This document shows positions 8,501-18,271 of a DNA stretch of 64,000 nucleotides, piece by piece. How positions within the stretch are numbered: position 1 is the stretch's first letter; each line of letters begins with the position of its first letter. The notes below the pieces were generated by a model. That model searched no databases and was not told where the DNA came from. It worked only from the letters and a program-made list of their open reading frames with translations. The translations under genes and the position numbers were made by a program. The stretch comes from Chthonomonadales bacterium (GTDB lineage Bacteria; Armatimonadota; Chthonomonadetes; Chthonomonadales; CAJBBX01), in assembly GCA_037443035.1 (NCBI GenBank), contig JBBIPC010000001.1, forward strand, positions 1 through 64,000, in the 5' to 3' direction.

Positions 8501-10682
8501 TAGCCAGCTGGTCAACATAGTAATCAACGGCCGACCCCTGACGGTGCCCAAGGGTGAAATGATCATCGAAGCCGCCAGACGGATCGGCATCGAGATTCCT
8601 CACTTCTGTTACCACCCGCGTCTCAGCAAGGAAACTGGGGCGAACTGCCGTATGTGCCTGGTGGAGGTCTCCATGCCGCGGCGGGGGCCAGATGGAACCG
8701 TAACGCTGGCTAAGATGCCGAAGCCACAGACTTCCTGCAGTCTGCCTGCCGATGAAGGCATGGTCATCGAGACCGAGACACCGGCCATCGTCGAAGCCCG
8801 GCGGGGCATACTGGAGTTTCTGCTGATCAACCATCCCCTCGACTGTCCGATCTGCGATCGGGGTGGGGAATGCCCCCTGCAAAATAACACCCTTCACTAC
8901 GGCCCGCCAACGACCAGATTCGTGGAGGAAAAGCGGCACCTGCCAAAGGCTTACCCGTTGTCCCAACACGTTGTCCTGGACCGTGAGCGCTGCATTCATT
9001 GCGCCCGGTGCACGAGGTTTGCCGCAGATATCTCTGGAGACGCTCAGTTGGGCTTCCTGAAGCGCGGCGCCGATATGGAGGTCTCCGCATACCACGAGAC
9101 CGAGTTCACCTCCCTCTTCTCCGGGAACGTGATCGAGTTGTGTCCTGTCGGTGCGCTCCTCTCCCGCGACTACCGCTTCAGAGCACGGCCCTGGGATCTG
9201 GCTACGCAGAAGTCCATCTGTACGGAGTGCTCGAACGGCTGCAATATCAAGCTGGACCATCGAGCCGGCAAGCTTGTCCGCGTGAATGCGCGTGTCAACG
9301 AGGTGGTGAACGAGGAATGGACTTGTGATCGAGGCAAGTTCGGCATGGGGCACATCTCTTCGGAGGATCGCATAAGACGACCTCTCATCCGCGAAGGAGA
9401 TGCGTTCCGCGAGGCGACGTGGGAGGAGGCACTCTCCCTGGTAGAGCAGCGACTGCGAGAGGCAGGGGCATCCACCGCGTTTCTGGGGGGAAGCCTTTCA
9501 TCCAACGAAGACCTCTACGTCCTTCAGCGACTCTGGCGCGAGGTGCTCGGCTCGCCCCACCTCGATCATCGCATGGGGCCCTCCTTCGCTCGGAACGTGG
9601 ATCGGATCCGCGTGCTTGGCCATACCGGCGTGGTCAGGTCCATCTCCGACCTGGAGAAGAAGCGCACGATCGTGGTCTTTGGCAGTGACCTGGCGGTGGA
9701 ACAGCCCATTGTGTACCTCCGGGTCCGGAAAGCGTGGAACCGCCATGACGCGAGAGTCATCGAGATCCAACCGGCGTCTCTGCGGAGTCCTGGCCACAGC
9801 AACCGCGTTGCCGATTTCGCATCGGTATCCGCGCGTTATGATCCAGCGGAAAGAGTCGGAGCAGCGTGGGACCTCCTTCGGACAGCGGTGGAACAGCGGC
9901 TAGTGGAGAATAGTGCGCTGCCGAACATGGTTGTGGGTAAGTTGGACACAGCTCCGACGTGTAGCGTGATATCAGCTCTCTCGTCTATCCTCCTCGAGCC
10001 GCCGGTTGCGGTCTTGGTCGGAGCCGACGCCGTACGTTCCATGGACATGATGGACGTGCTAGAGCCTCTGGGTGCGCTCGCGCAAGCGCTCGGTGATGCG
10101 TGGACGATCGCGGTGCCCGCGTCGAAGGTGAACGAGCAGGGTGCAAGAGACCTTGGCATCTTGCCGGATACCGTTCCGGGAGGAAGTCCATCCGCCACCT
10201 TCGGATTCAACAGCCATGAGATTCTAGAGTCGGCCGGAAAAGGCAATGTGAGCGTCCTGTGGGTGAGTGGTCTCGACGTTGCTCAGGAGTATCACGATCC
10301 AGCCTTCGCGGCCCGCAACCTGGAGCAGGCACCGTTCGTCGTGTTCAGCGGCATGCATCTGCACGCAACTGCGCGCATGGCGAACGTGGTCCTGCCAGTC
10401 TGCAGTGTAGCGGAGTGTGACGGTACGTACACGAACGTCGAGGGGCGCGTCCAGCGCTTCTACAAGGCCTACGAGCCGAGTCTGGACGTGCGGGAAGAAT
10501 GGCGGATCGCGTCCAATCTCGCCGCGCGTCTTGGATGTCCCATGGCCTATGTAACGTGGCGAGACGTGCTTGCTGAGATTGCCGCCAAAGTGCCGATCCA
10601 TCGGGGTTGCACTCCCGACCGGCTGGCTGGAGAAGGCGTTCTGCGTGAGGAACCTGTCTTGACGGGGGCGACGAAGCCATGA
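8493..10682 (+). CDS. nuoG: NADH-quinone oxidoreductase subunit G
   Basis: FCYHP, NCRMCLVE, HPLDCPICDRGGECPLQ, RCIHCARC, N7-type CTECSNGC...CDRG. Confidence 0.96.
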   Translation: MPDSQLVNIVINGRPLTVPKGEMIIEAARRIGIEIPHFCYHPRLSKETGANCRMCLVEVSMPRRGPDGTVTLAKMPKPQTSCSLPADEGMVIETETPAIVEARRGILEFLLINHPLDCPICDRGGECPLQNNTLHYGPPTTRFVEEKRHLPKAYPLSQHVVLDRERCIHCARCTRFAADISGDAQLGFLKRGADMEVSAYHETEFTSLFSGNVIELCPVGALLSRDYRFRARPWDLATQKSICTECSNGCNIKLDHRAGKLVRVNARVNEVVNEEWTCDRGKFGMGHISSEDRIRRPLIREGDAFREATWEEALSLVEQRLREAGASTAFLGGSLSSNEDLYVLQRLWREVLGSPHLDHRMGPSFARNVDRIRVLGHTGVVRSISDLEKKRTIVVFGSDLAVEQPIVYLRVRKAWNRHDARVIEIQPASLRSPGHSNRVADFASVSARYDPAERVGAAWDLLRTAVEQRLVENSALPNMVVGKLDTAPTCSVISALSSILLEPPVAVLVGADAVRSMDMMDVLEPLGALAQALGDAWTIAVPASKVNEQGARDLGILPDTVPGGSPSATFGFNSHEILESAGKGNVSVLWVSGLDVAQEYHDPAFAARNLEQAPFVVFSGMHLHATARMANVVLPVCSVAECDGTYTNVEGRVQRFYKAYEPSLDVREEWRIASNLAARLGCPMAYVTWRDVLAEIAAKVPIHRGCTPDRLAGEGVLREEPVLTGATKP

Positions 10683-11818
10683 CGATCCCGGACATCTCTG
10701 TTGGGCCTTTCCATATCGCTGTGTTGCTCCCGTACGCTATGTTCCTCATAATGCTGGCCATCGTGCTGCTGGCCGTTCCGCTGCTGACATGGGTCGAGCG
10801 GGTCACTCTCGGACTGATTCATGATCGTCTGGGGCCGAACCGAGTCGGGCCGCGCGGCCTCCTGCAGCCCATCGCCGACGGGATAAAGCTCTTCTTCAAA
10901 GAGGACATTCTTCCGCGGTCCGTGGACCGTGGCATCTACTACCTCGCGCCGATCCTCTCTATGGCGCCGCCGCTAGTGGCATGTGCGCTCATTCCTATTG
11001 GTGCGGTCAGGGTGGACATGGGCGGAGGACAGACGCGCAGTCTCGCCCTGGTGGCGGCGGATCTGAACGTCGGCGTTCTCTGGATCTTCGCGCTAGCGTC
11101 GCTGCAGGTCTACGGCCTCATTCTTGCAGGCTGGTCGTCCAACAACAAGTATTCACTGCTCGGCGCTCTCCGATCCAGCGCACAGTCCATCTCGTACGAG
11201 CTTGCCATGTCCGCCGCTATCATTACGGCCGTTCTGATGGCTGGCAGCATGAGCCTGGTCTCGATTGTGCAATCGCAAGCCGGAGGAATCGGCCACTGGA
11301 ACCTTTTCCGATGGTTCCCGCTGGGTGTTGTGGGCGGTAGCGTCTATCTCATCTCCATGGTTGCCGAGACGAACAGGGCGCCCTTCGATCTCCCCGAGGC
11401 TGAATCGGAACTGGTGGCGGGTTTTCAGACCGAGTACTCCTCCATGAAGTTCGCCGTTTTCTTCATGAGCGAGTACGCAGCCATGGTCATCGCGTCATCC
11501 GTTGCGACGGTACTCTGGCTGGGAGGCTGGTACTCCCCAGTCGCGGCGTTGCGGTTCATTCCGGCCCCGATCTGGTTCTTCGCCAAAGTCGGAGCGCTCA
11601 TTTTCGGCTACATATGGGTCCGCTCGACGCTTCCTCGCTTCCGCTACGATGCATTGATGCGGTTCGGGTGGAAGAGACTCTTCCCTGTGGTGCTTGTCAC
11701 TCTCATGGCGGTCGCTTTCGTGCGGGCTTATACGACAGACCCGACAGCCAAGAGCACGATCCCACCCAAGCCAGAAAAACCGAAGCCGGTCATGTCCGGC
11801 GCACAGGGAGGCCGCTGA
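10679..11818 (+). CDS. nuoH: NADH-quinone oxidoreductase subunit H
   Basis: [45 protein letters not shown]. Confidence 0.97.
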   Translation: MTIPDISVGPFHIAVLLPYAMFLIMLAIVLLAVPLLTWVERVTLGLIHDRLGPNRVGPRGLLQPIADGIKLFFKEDILPRSVDRGIYYLAPILSMAPPLVACALIPIGAVRVDMGGGQTRSLALVAADLNVGVLWIFALASLQVYGLILAGWSSNNKYSLLGALRSSAQSISYELAMSAAIITAVLMAGSMSLVSIVQSQAGGIGHWNLFRWFPLGVVGGSVYLISMVAETNRAPFDLPEAESELVAGFQTEYSSMKFAVFFMSEYAAMVIASSVATVLWLGGWYSPVAALRFIPAPIWFFAKVGALIFGYIWVRSTLPRFRYDALMRFGWKRLFPVVLVTLMAVAFVRAYTTDPTAKSTIPPKPEKPKPVMSGAQGGR

Positions 11819-11819
11819 C

Positions 11820-12341
11820 GTGAGCAGCCATGCGCTGAGCTTCTTGGTGCTGGCGGCGCTTGCCACAGGGACCGCCCTGGCCGTCGTGCTCCACAGGAAT
11901 CCGGTCCGCAGCGCGCTGTACCTGGTGGCGCACATGCTCGTTCTGGCGGCGCTGTTTCTCAAGCTTTCGGCTCAATTCATGGCTGCCGTGCAGGTCGTGA
12001 TCTACGCCGGCGCCATCATGGTTCTGTTCCTCTTCACCATCATGCTCCTGAATCTGGGTGCAGGCGAGATCGAGAGGAAGCGTTTCAGTGTCGGTTTCAT
12101 TAGTGCGGTAGTGATTGCTCTCGTTCTCGCAATCACGATTCTGGGCGGTGCAGTATGGCACCGAGGGCTCATGCAGATCGCGACGCCGGTGCGTGATCTC
12201 CGGATGGGAGGTACAGCGGAGGCCGTAGGCTTCGCTCTCTACGATCCAGAGCTGCCGTGGCTCTTCGCGTTCGAGTTGACATCCGTGATCCTGCTGGTTG
12301 CCGCCGTAGGTGCCGTGGTGCTGGCAGGACGCAGGAGGTGA
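11820..12341 (+). CDS. nuoJ: NADH-quinone oxidoreductase subunit J
   Basis: NPVRSALYL, QVVIYAGAIMVLFLF, FELTSVILL; GTG start 1 nt after nuoH stop. Confidence 0.93.
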   Translation: MSSHALSFLVLAALATGTALAVVLHRNPVRSALYLVAHMLVLAALFLKLSAQFMAAVQVVIYAGAIMVLFLFTIMLLNLGAGEIERKRFSVGFISAVVIALVLAITILGGAVWHRGLMQIATPVRDLRMGGTAEAVGFALYDPELPWLFAFELTSVILLVAAVGAVVLAGRRR

Positions 12342-12346
12342 CAGCG

Positions 12347-12652
12347 ATGCAACCGCCTGTGGACCATTACCTTTTCCTGTCGGCTCTCCTGTTCTGTATT
12401 GGCGTGGCTGGTGTTGTTACACGCCGGAACCCCATCGTCGTGCTCATGTGTATCGAGCTGATGCTCAATGCCGCGAACCTGGGGTTTCTGGCACTCGGCC
12501 ACCATCTCGCAAAGATGGCCGGACAGATGTACGCGATCTTCGTGATGGCGGTTGCCGCCGGCGAGGTGGGTATAGGTCTCGCGATTATCGTGGCGCTGTT
12601 CCGTACGCGGGAGACGATTGACGTGGATGAGGTTACGGAGCTGAGACTATGA
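12347..12652 (+). CDS. nuoK: NADH-quinone oxidoreductase subunit K
   Basis: RRNPIVVLMCIELMLNAANL, AVAAGEVGIGL; AGGAGG RBS. Confidence 0.95.
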   Translation: MQPPVDHYLFLSALLFCIGVAGVVTRRNPIVVLMCIELMLNAANLGFLALGHHLAKMAGQMYAIFVMAVAAGEVGIGLAIIVALFRTRETIDVDEVTELRL

Positions 12653-14646
12653 CAGGCGCGCTTGTGCAGCTTCGGACCGCGGGCTTGGTGTGGGCGATAC
12701 CCTGTCTGCCGCTCCTCGGCTTTCTCGCGTGGACCTTCACAGGCGGTCGGCTCCTGAAGCTGTTTGGTGAAAAGACGGGCAAGCGCATCGTTGGCGGGTT
12801 GGCGACGGCTCTTGTGCTGGCCTCATTTGTGCTGAGCATCCTCGTCTTGCTCGACCTTCTCGGGCACGAGCCGGAAAGACGCAGGTCGGTCGTCCCGCTG
12901 CTGCCGTTCGTTGGCGACGTGCCATGGATCAGCGTGGATACCGTTCAGGTGTACTTCCGAGGGCTCGTGGATCCTCTTTCGATGCTGATGTGCCTGATTG
13001 TAACAGGGGTCGGGGGCCTCATCCACCTGTACGCTACCGGCTATATGGCCCACGACAAGGACTACCCGCGGTTCTTTGCGTACTTCAACCTTTTCATCTT
13101 CGCCATGCTCACGCTTGTGCTTGCGGAGAGCATCCTACTCATGTTCGTCGGTTGGGAGGGCGTTGGGCTGTGTTCCTACCTGTTGATCTCGTTCTGGTAT
13201 GAGGACATGGACAATGCGAAAGCCGGCAACAAGGCTTTCATCGTGAACCGGGTCGGGGATCTGGGCTTTGCTCTAGGCATCATGGCGATCCTGGCGACGT
13301 TCGGCACGTTCTCCTTCCATACTGCGGATGGCAAGGGCTTCCTGGATCTCGCCAGCCAGAAACTGACCGCCAACGGGGCGCTCACAGCAGGAACAGCATC
13401 CCTCATCGCTGCGCTCCTGTTCATCGGTGCATGTGGCAAGTCGGCCCAGTTCCCGCTGCACATCTGGTTACCCGACGCTATGGCGGGACCAACGCCCGTT
13501 TCTGCCCTGATCCATGCTGCGACCATGGTTACGGCGGGTGTCGTCATGGTAAGCCGCATGTCCGTGCTCTTTGTCCAAGCCCCAGCTGTCATGACGGCGG
13601 TCGCCGTTGTGGGGCTCTTCACGGCGATCTTCGCTGCAACCATCGCGCTGACACAGACCGACATCAAGAAGGTACTGGCGTATTCCACTGTCTCCCAGCT
13701 CGGTTTCATGTTCTTGGGTTGCGGAGCAGGTGCGTTCGCGGCAGGTATGTTTCACGTGACAACACATGCCTTTTTCAAAGCATTGCTGTTCCTCGGCGCC
13801 GGTTCCGTGATTCATAGTCTGAACGGCGAGCAGGACATGCGGCGTATGGGCGGCCTGGCGCGATATGTCCGTGGCACCTACTGGACCATGATTGCAGGAT
13901 GGGCCGCCATCTCGGGCTTCCCTGGTCTGGCCGGTTTCTGGAGCAAGGACGCGATTCTGGGGTTCGCGGCGGGCGTGTCTGGGATAGGAATGGCTCTCTA
14001 CGTCGTGGGAACGATAACAGCCTTTATTACAGGTCTCTATATGACCAGGCTCATCGCCGCAACGTTCTGGAGCAGTCCACGCTTCGATGAGCAGGCGACG
14101 CATCCCCACGAGTCGCCGCCGTCCATGCTATTCCCTCTCGGCGTTCTCGCACTTCTCTCCATCGTTGGAGGTCTTGTGGGCACTCCATGGGCAAACCGGG
14201 TCGAGCACTTCCTGGAGACGTCCTTGCCATCGGCTTCGTTGTTCGCACCCCACGAGGGTGTCCCGGTTGTGGCGGGACTAGTCATCGGTGGGTTGGTGGC
14301 AGTTGTCGCGATGGCTGCGGGGGCCATGCTGTATGGAAGCAGGCGGGCCATCGAGTCGGAGTCGCGGAACGCCTTCGCGGTTGGAGCACGGCATCTCTGG
14401 TACGTGGATAGTGCTGCTACAGCCACGTTCGTTCGAGGTGGTGGACGCTTCGCGACGATTCTGTGGAAGGCGGTGGACCAGGGCATCGTAGACCGCCTAG
14501 TGAACGCGGTGGCCTTCGTCGCTGGCTTGCTCAGCGAGATCGGCCGCGGGCTGCAGACGGGATACGTGCGCGTCTACCTGACGACGATGCTGGCTGGGTT
14601 GGTCGTCATGCTACTCTGGGCGTTCATGCTGGCGGGAGCGAAGTGA
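12649..14646 (+). CDS. nuoL: NADH-quinone oxidoreductase subunit L
   Basis: GWEGVGLCSYLLI, GKSAQFPLHIWLPDAMAGPTPVSALIHAATMV. Confidence 0.97.
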   Translation: MTGALVQLRTAGLVWAIPCLPLLGFLAWTFTGGRLLKLFGEKTGKRIVGGLATALVLASFVLSILVLLDLLGHEPERRRSVVPLLPFVGDVPWISVDTVQVYFRGLVDPLSMLMCLIVTGVGGLIHLYATGYMAHDKDYPRFFAYFNLFIFAMLTLVLAESILLMFVGWEGVGLCSYLLISFWYEDMDNAKAGNKAFIVNRVGDLGFALGIMAILATFGTFSFHTADGKGFLDLASQKLTANGALTAGTASLIAALLFIGACGKSAQFPLHIWLPDAMAGPTPVSALIHAATMVTAGVVMVSRMSVLFVQAPAVMTAVAVVGLFTAIFAATIALTQTDIKKVLAYSTVSQLGFMFLGCGAGAFAAGMFHVTTHAFFKALLFLGAGSVIHSLNGEQDMRRMGGLARYVRGTYWTMIAGWAAISGFPGLAGFWSKDAILGFAAGVSGIGMALYVVGTITAFITGLYMTRLIAATFWSSPRFDEQATHPHESPPSMLFPLGVLALLSIVGGLVGTPWANRVEHFLETSLPSASLFAPHEGVPVVAGLVIGGLVAVVAMAAGAMLYGSRRAIESESRNAFAVGARHLWYVDSAATATFVRGGGRFATILWKAVDQGIVDRLVNAVAFVAGLLSEIGRGLQTGYVRVYLTTMLAGLVVMLLWAFMLAGAK

Positions 14647-14648
14647 TC

Positions 14649-16250
14649 ATGTTGGAGCAGCACTTGCTGAGCGCCCTCATCTTCCTGCCGCTCATCGGAG
14701 CTGTGATCGTGATGCTTGTACCGGGGAGAGCAGGGGTCGCTGCGTCAGCATCAGCGCATGCGGACACCTCAACTGGCTCCAATCGGAGTGCCTGGCTCGT
14801 GACGTTCATCGTCGCAGCTCTCGAGCTAGTTCTCGGAGCGCAAGCGTGGCTCCGGTTCCGACCGGGTGTGGCGGGTTTCCAGCTCCGGGAGATGGCCGCG
14901 TGGTTGCCGACCTTCGGGATTTCGTACGATGTCGGAGTCGATGGTCTCGGTCTACTCCTCATCTTGCTCACGGTGTTGCTCACATTCCTCTGCGTCGTAT
15001 ACTCGGGCACGTTGCGGCACCGCAGCAAAGAGTACATGGTCTTTCTCCTTGTGCTGGAAACGGCCATGGTAGGTGTCTTTGCGGCACTTGACCTTGTGCT
15101 TTTCTACGTCTTCTGGGAAGTGGTCCTCATTCCGATGTACTTCCTCATCGGCATCTGGGGACACGAGCGACGCATCTACGCAGCCGTGAAGTTCTTCCTG
15201 TTTACCTTTGTCGGCAGTGTCCTAATGCTGGTCGGCATCGTGTTCGTCATCGTCCAGACGGGATCATCCAGTCTCGTTGCGTTGACCACATCGGGTACCG
15301 AGGCAGCCACACGTCTTGCTGGTCTGCCTGCGCAGCAACTGCTACTGCTCTACTGGGCATTCGCGCTGGCATTCATGATCAAAGTGCCCATGTTCCCATT
15401 CCACACCTGGCTGCCTGACGCCCACGTAGAAGCACCAACTGCCGGGAGCGTGCTGCTGGCAGGTGTGCTCCTGAAGATGGGTGTCTACGGGTTCCTCCGG
15501 TTCTGTCTGCCGATGTTCTCCAACCAGATGCACGAGACGGCGCCGATCTTCCTTGCGCTTGCGGTCATTGCTGTGGTCTACGGCGCGATTGTGGCGGCCG
15601 TGCAGCCGGACATGAAGAAACTCGTCGCGTACACCAGCGTCAGCCACATGGGCATTGTCATGTTGGGCGTTTTCTCGTTCCATCCGACGGGGATGACTGG
15701 CGCGATCCTCCAGAGCATCAACCACGGGATCTCCACTGGCATGCTCTTCTTCCTCGTGGGGATGCTCTACGATCGTCGCCATACGCGGGAAATCGCGGCC
15801 TTCGGCGGTATCCGACGCGTTCTGCCCGTGTTGTCCGCCGTCTTCCTTGTCGCTGCGTTCTCGTCGGCTGCGTTGCCCCTCACTAACGGGTTCGTAGGAG
15901 AGTTTCTCGTCCTACAGGGGATCTATCTCTCCGCTTTCAGTGGGCCGCTCTATGCGGCAGGTGGGGCGCTTGGGATGGTGCTCTCCGCAGTCTACATGCT
16001 CTGGCTGTTCCAGCGCGCCTTTTGCGGTCCAGTCGTCCATGAGGCAAACCGCGCGCTCCCTGACCTGAGCATCCGTGAGAAGGTAGTCCTGGTGCCGCTC
16101 GTTGCGCTCGTCTTCTGGTTCGGGTGTTACGTGACACCGTGGGTTCGAGCGCTCGGTGGCGGACTCGGTGCCAGTGGCATCTTGAAGGTGCAGGTCGCAT
16201 CTCGACAGGACAAGCTCCCCACGCCTGAGCCACAAGAAGGAGTGCGCTAG
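14649..16250 (+). CDS. nuoM: NADH-quinone oxidoreductase subunit M
   Basis: FYVFWE, IKVPMFPFHTWLPDAHVEAPT, LLKMG. Confidence 0.96.
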   Translation: MLEQHLLSALIFLPLIGAVIVMLVPGRAGVAASASAHADTSTGSNRSAWLVTFIVAALELVLGAQAWLRFRPGVAGFQLREMAAWLPTFGISYDVGVDGLGLLLILLTVLLTFLCVVYSGTLRHRSKEYMVFLLVLETAMVGVFAALDLVLFYVFWEVVLIPMYFLIGIWGHERRIYAAVKFFLFTFVGSVLMLVGIVFVIVQTGSSSLVALTTSGTEAATRLAGLPAQQLLLLYWAFALAFMIKVPMFPFHTWLPDAHVEAPTAGSVLLAGVLLKMGVYGFLRFCLPMFSNQMHETAPIFLALAVIAVVYGAIVAAVQPDMKKLVAYTSVSHMGIVMLGVFSFHPTGMTGAILQSINHGISTGMLFFLVGMLYDRRHTREIAAFGGIRRVLPVLSAVFLVAAFSSAALPLTNGFVGEFLVLQGIYLSAFSGPLYAAGGALGMVLSAVYMLWLFQRAFCGPVVHEANRALPDLSIREKVVLVPLVALVFWFGCYVTPWVRALGGGLGASGILKVQVASRQDKLPTPEPQEGVR

Positions 16251-16253
16251 CCG

Positions 16254-17741
16254 ATGGAAGCAGTACGGCAGGTAGTCCACGACATCGGAGCCGTCCTGCC
16301 AATCGTCATTCTCTGGGTAACAGCTATTGTCATCCTCTTGCTCGCTCCATTGACGCGTCGAGGTGTTGGCTGGCATGTACCGGGTCTGCTGAGTACGGCG
16401 GGAATCCTGGCTGCCCTGGCTGCGCTCATCCGACGTAACGAGGGCGGCTTCGGTACAGGCTTGTTCGCTGGTGCTCTGTATTCGGATACTCTCTCGACCG
16501 CCGGAGCGTTCGTGCTGCTGCTCGCGGGCCTGCTGGCAGTGCTTGTTGCGCAGGGATACCTCAGGTCGCGTGGTATCGAGAAGCCCGAGTACTACGCATT
16601 GCTCGTTCTTTCGCTGTCCGGCGCCTACCTGATGCTTCTCGCCAGTGACCTGCTGGTGCTGTTCCTGGCACTGGAGCTCATGTCCTTCGGCTTCTACGTG
16701 CTAGCTGGTTTCGAGCGCACATCGTCGCGAAGTGAAGAGGCTGCGCTCAAGTACTTCCTCACGGGCGCCTTCGCATCGGCGCTGTTCCTATACGGTCTCA
16801 TGCTTGCTTTCGGAGTTGCCGGCTCGTCGTCGTTCGAGTACATCCAGGCGGCAGTCGGACGTGGAGCTCTCAAGACACCCATGGGGCTAGCCGCAGCCGC
16901 CCTTCTACTGGCCGGACTGGGGTTCAAGGTAGCGGCGGTACCCTTCCATCAGTGGACGCCGGACGTCTACGAAGGCTCCCCAACGAGTTCGACAGCCTTC
17001 TTCGCTGCCACGGCCAAGATTGGTGCCTTCGTTGCCCTGATTCGGGTGCTCGATATGCTGGCTGGTGGTAGTCAGGTCTGGCTGCCCGCGGTCCGCCTCA
17101 TGGCCATCGTGACGATGCTGTTCGGCAACGTTATCGCATTGTCGCAGCTGAACGTGAAGCGGATGCTCGGCTATTCCGCTATCGCCCACGCCGGCTACCT
17201 CCTAGCAGCCATGGTCTGCGTGGGCATGCGATACGTCAGTGCAGAAGGCGCTCGATCAGGAATGCCAGCTATGAACGCCACGGTGTTCTATTTGCTGGCG
17301 TATGCGCTGGCCACGATCGGGGCATTCGGTGTTCTCGCGTGCATGAGCGCTCGGGGTAGGGACGTGCAGACACTGGATCACCTGCGTGGCCTCGTTCGAA
17401 CGGACCCTGCGGCGGCATACGCCATGATGCTGTTCATGCTCTCGTTGGCAGGTATTCCTGCCACAGCCGGCTTCATTGCCAAGTGGCAGGTCTTCTACGC
17501 CGTGGTCATCGCAGGCGACATCCCTCTGGCTGTTACCATCGCCCTCGCGAGCGCAGTTGGTGCGTACTACTACCTGCGCGTCGTCTGGTACATGGTTTTC
17601 GACGAGAGCACCATTGCTCCTGTGCCAACGGAGCCTGGTCGGACACCTGCAGCAGTAGCGATCTACATCTCGGCTTTCGCCACTGTGCTTCTTGGTGTCG
17701 TGCCTGGATTCCTGATGGGTTTCCTCAGCGTCGTGCGCTGA
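16254..17741 (+). CDS. nuoN: NADH-quinone oxidoreductase subunit N
   Basis: EAALKYF, GFKVAAVPFHQWTPDVYEGSPT, KRMLGYSAIAHAGY. Confidence 0.96.
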   Translation: MEAVRQVVHDIGAVLPIVILWVTAIVILLLAPLTRRGVGWHVPGLLSTAGILAALAALIRRNEGGFGTGLFAGALYSDTLSTAGAFVLLLAGLLAVLVAQGYLRSRGIEKPEYYALLVLSLSGAYLMLLASDLLVLFLALELMSFGFYVLAGFERTSSRSEEAALKYFLTGAFASALFLYGLMLAFGVAGSSSFEYIQAAVGRGALKTPMGLAAAALLLAGLGFKVAAVPFHQWTPDVYEGSPTSSTAFFAATAKIGAFVALIRVLDMLAGGSQVWLPAVRLMAIVTMLFGNVIALSQLNVKRMLGYSAIAHAGYLLAAMVCVGMRYVSAEGARSGMPAMNATVFYLLAYALATIGAFGVLACMSARGRDVQTLDHLRGLVRTDPAAAYAMMLFMLSLAGIPATAGFIAKWQVFYAVVIAGDIPLAVTIALASAVGAYYYLRVVWYMVFDESTIAPVPTEPGRTPAAVAIYISAFATVLLGVVPGFLMGFLSVVR

Positions 17742-17761
17742 TTCGCCCGAGTCCGAATGCC

Positions 17762-18238
17762 CTACTCGTTCCGTAGGATGTCCGTGTAAATCCCCGGACT
17801 GCTATCCGGTATCGGGATCGCTCCTACGTTACGCGAGTAGAACTCTGTCGGGCCCGCACCGCCGATGATGCCGTAGACATAGCCCATCTCGCGCAGGCCC
17901 CACATACAGGCAATGAGCAGAGCTGCGCCAATGCCCTTGCCCCGTTCCGTCTGCGCGACGCCCGTCGGACCGAAGAAAGCCCGACGCGTGCACTCGTAGG
18001 CCCCGAAACCCACTGGCTTCCGATCCCGCGTGGCGATGTAGATGGTTACTGGCTTGTTGGAGAACCCAACGAGGATCTCATCGGCCCAGCCCACTCCGAA
18101 CGTGGAGCGTACGAACTCACACACCGGAGTGATCTCGAACGGCTGAGCTCTTCGCAAGATGACGCCTGCAGCGTCGGCCTTGCGAAAGGCCACCTCTAGT
18201 GGCGGCAGGTTGAGTAGGTTGACCAGCATATCGGACAC
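17762..18238 (-). CDS. GNAT family N-acetyltransferase
   Basis: FFGPTGVAQTERGKGIGAALL acetyl-CoA motif. Confidence 0.88.
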   Translation of the reverse strand: MSDMLVNLLNLPPLEVAFRKADAAGVILRRAQPFEITPVCEFVRSTFGVGWADEILVGFSNKPVTIYIATRDRKPVGFGAYECTRRAFFGPTGVAQTERGKGIGAALLIACMWGLREMGYVYGIIGGAGPTEFYSRNVGAIPIPDSSPGIYTDILRNE

Positions 18239-18271
18239 AGGCAGGAACTCTCCCTCGCAGTTAGTGGACTC

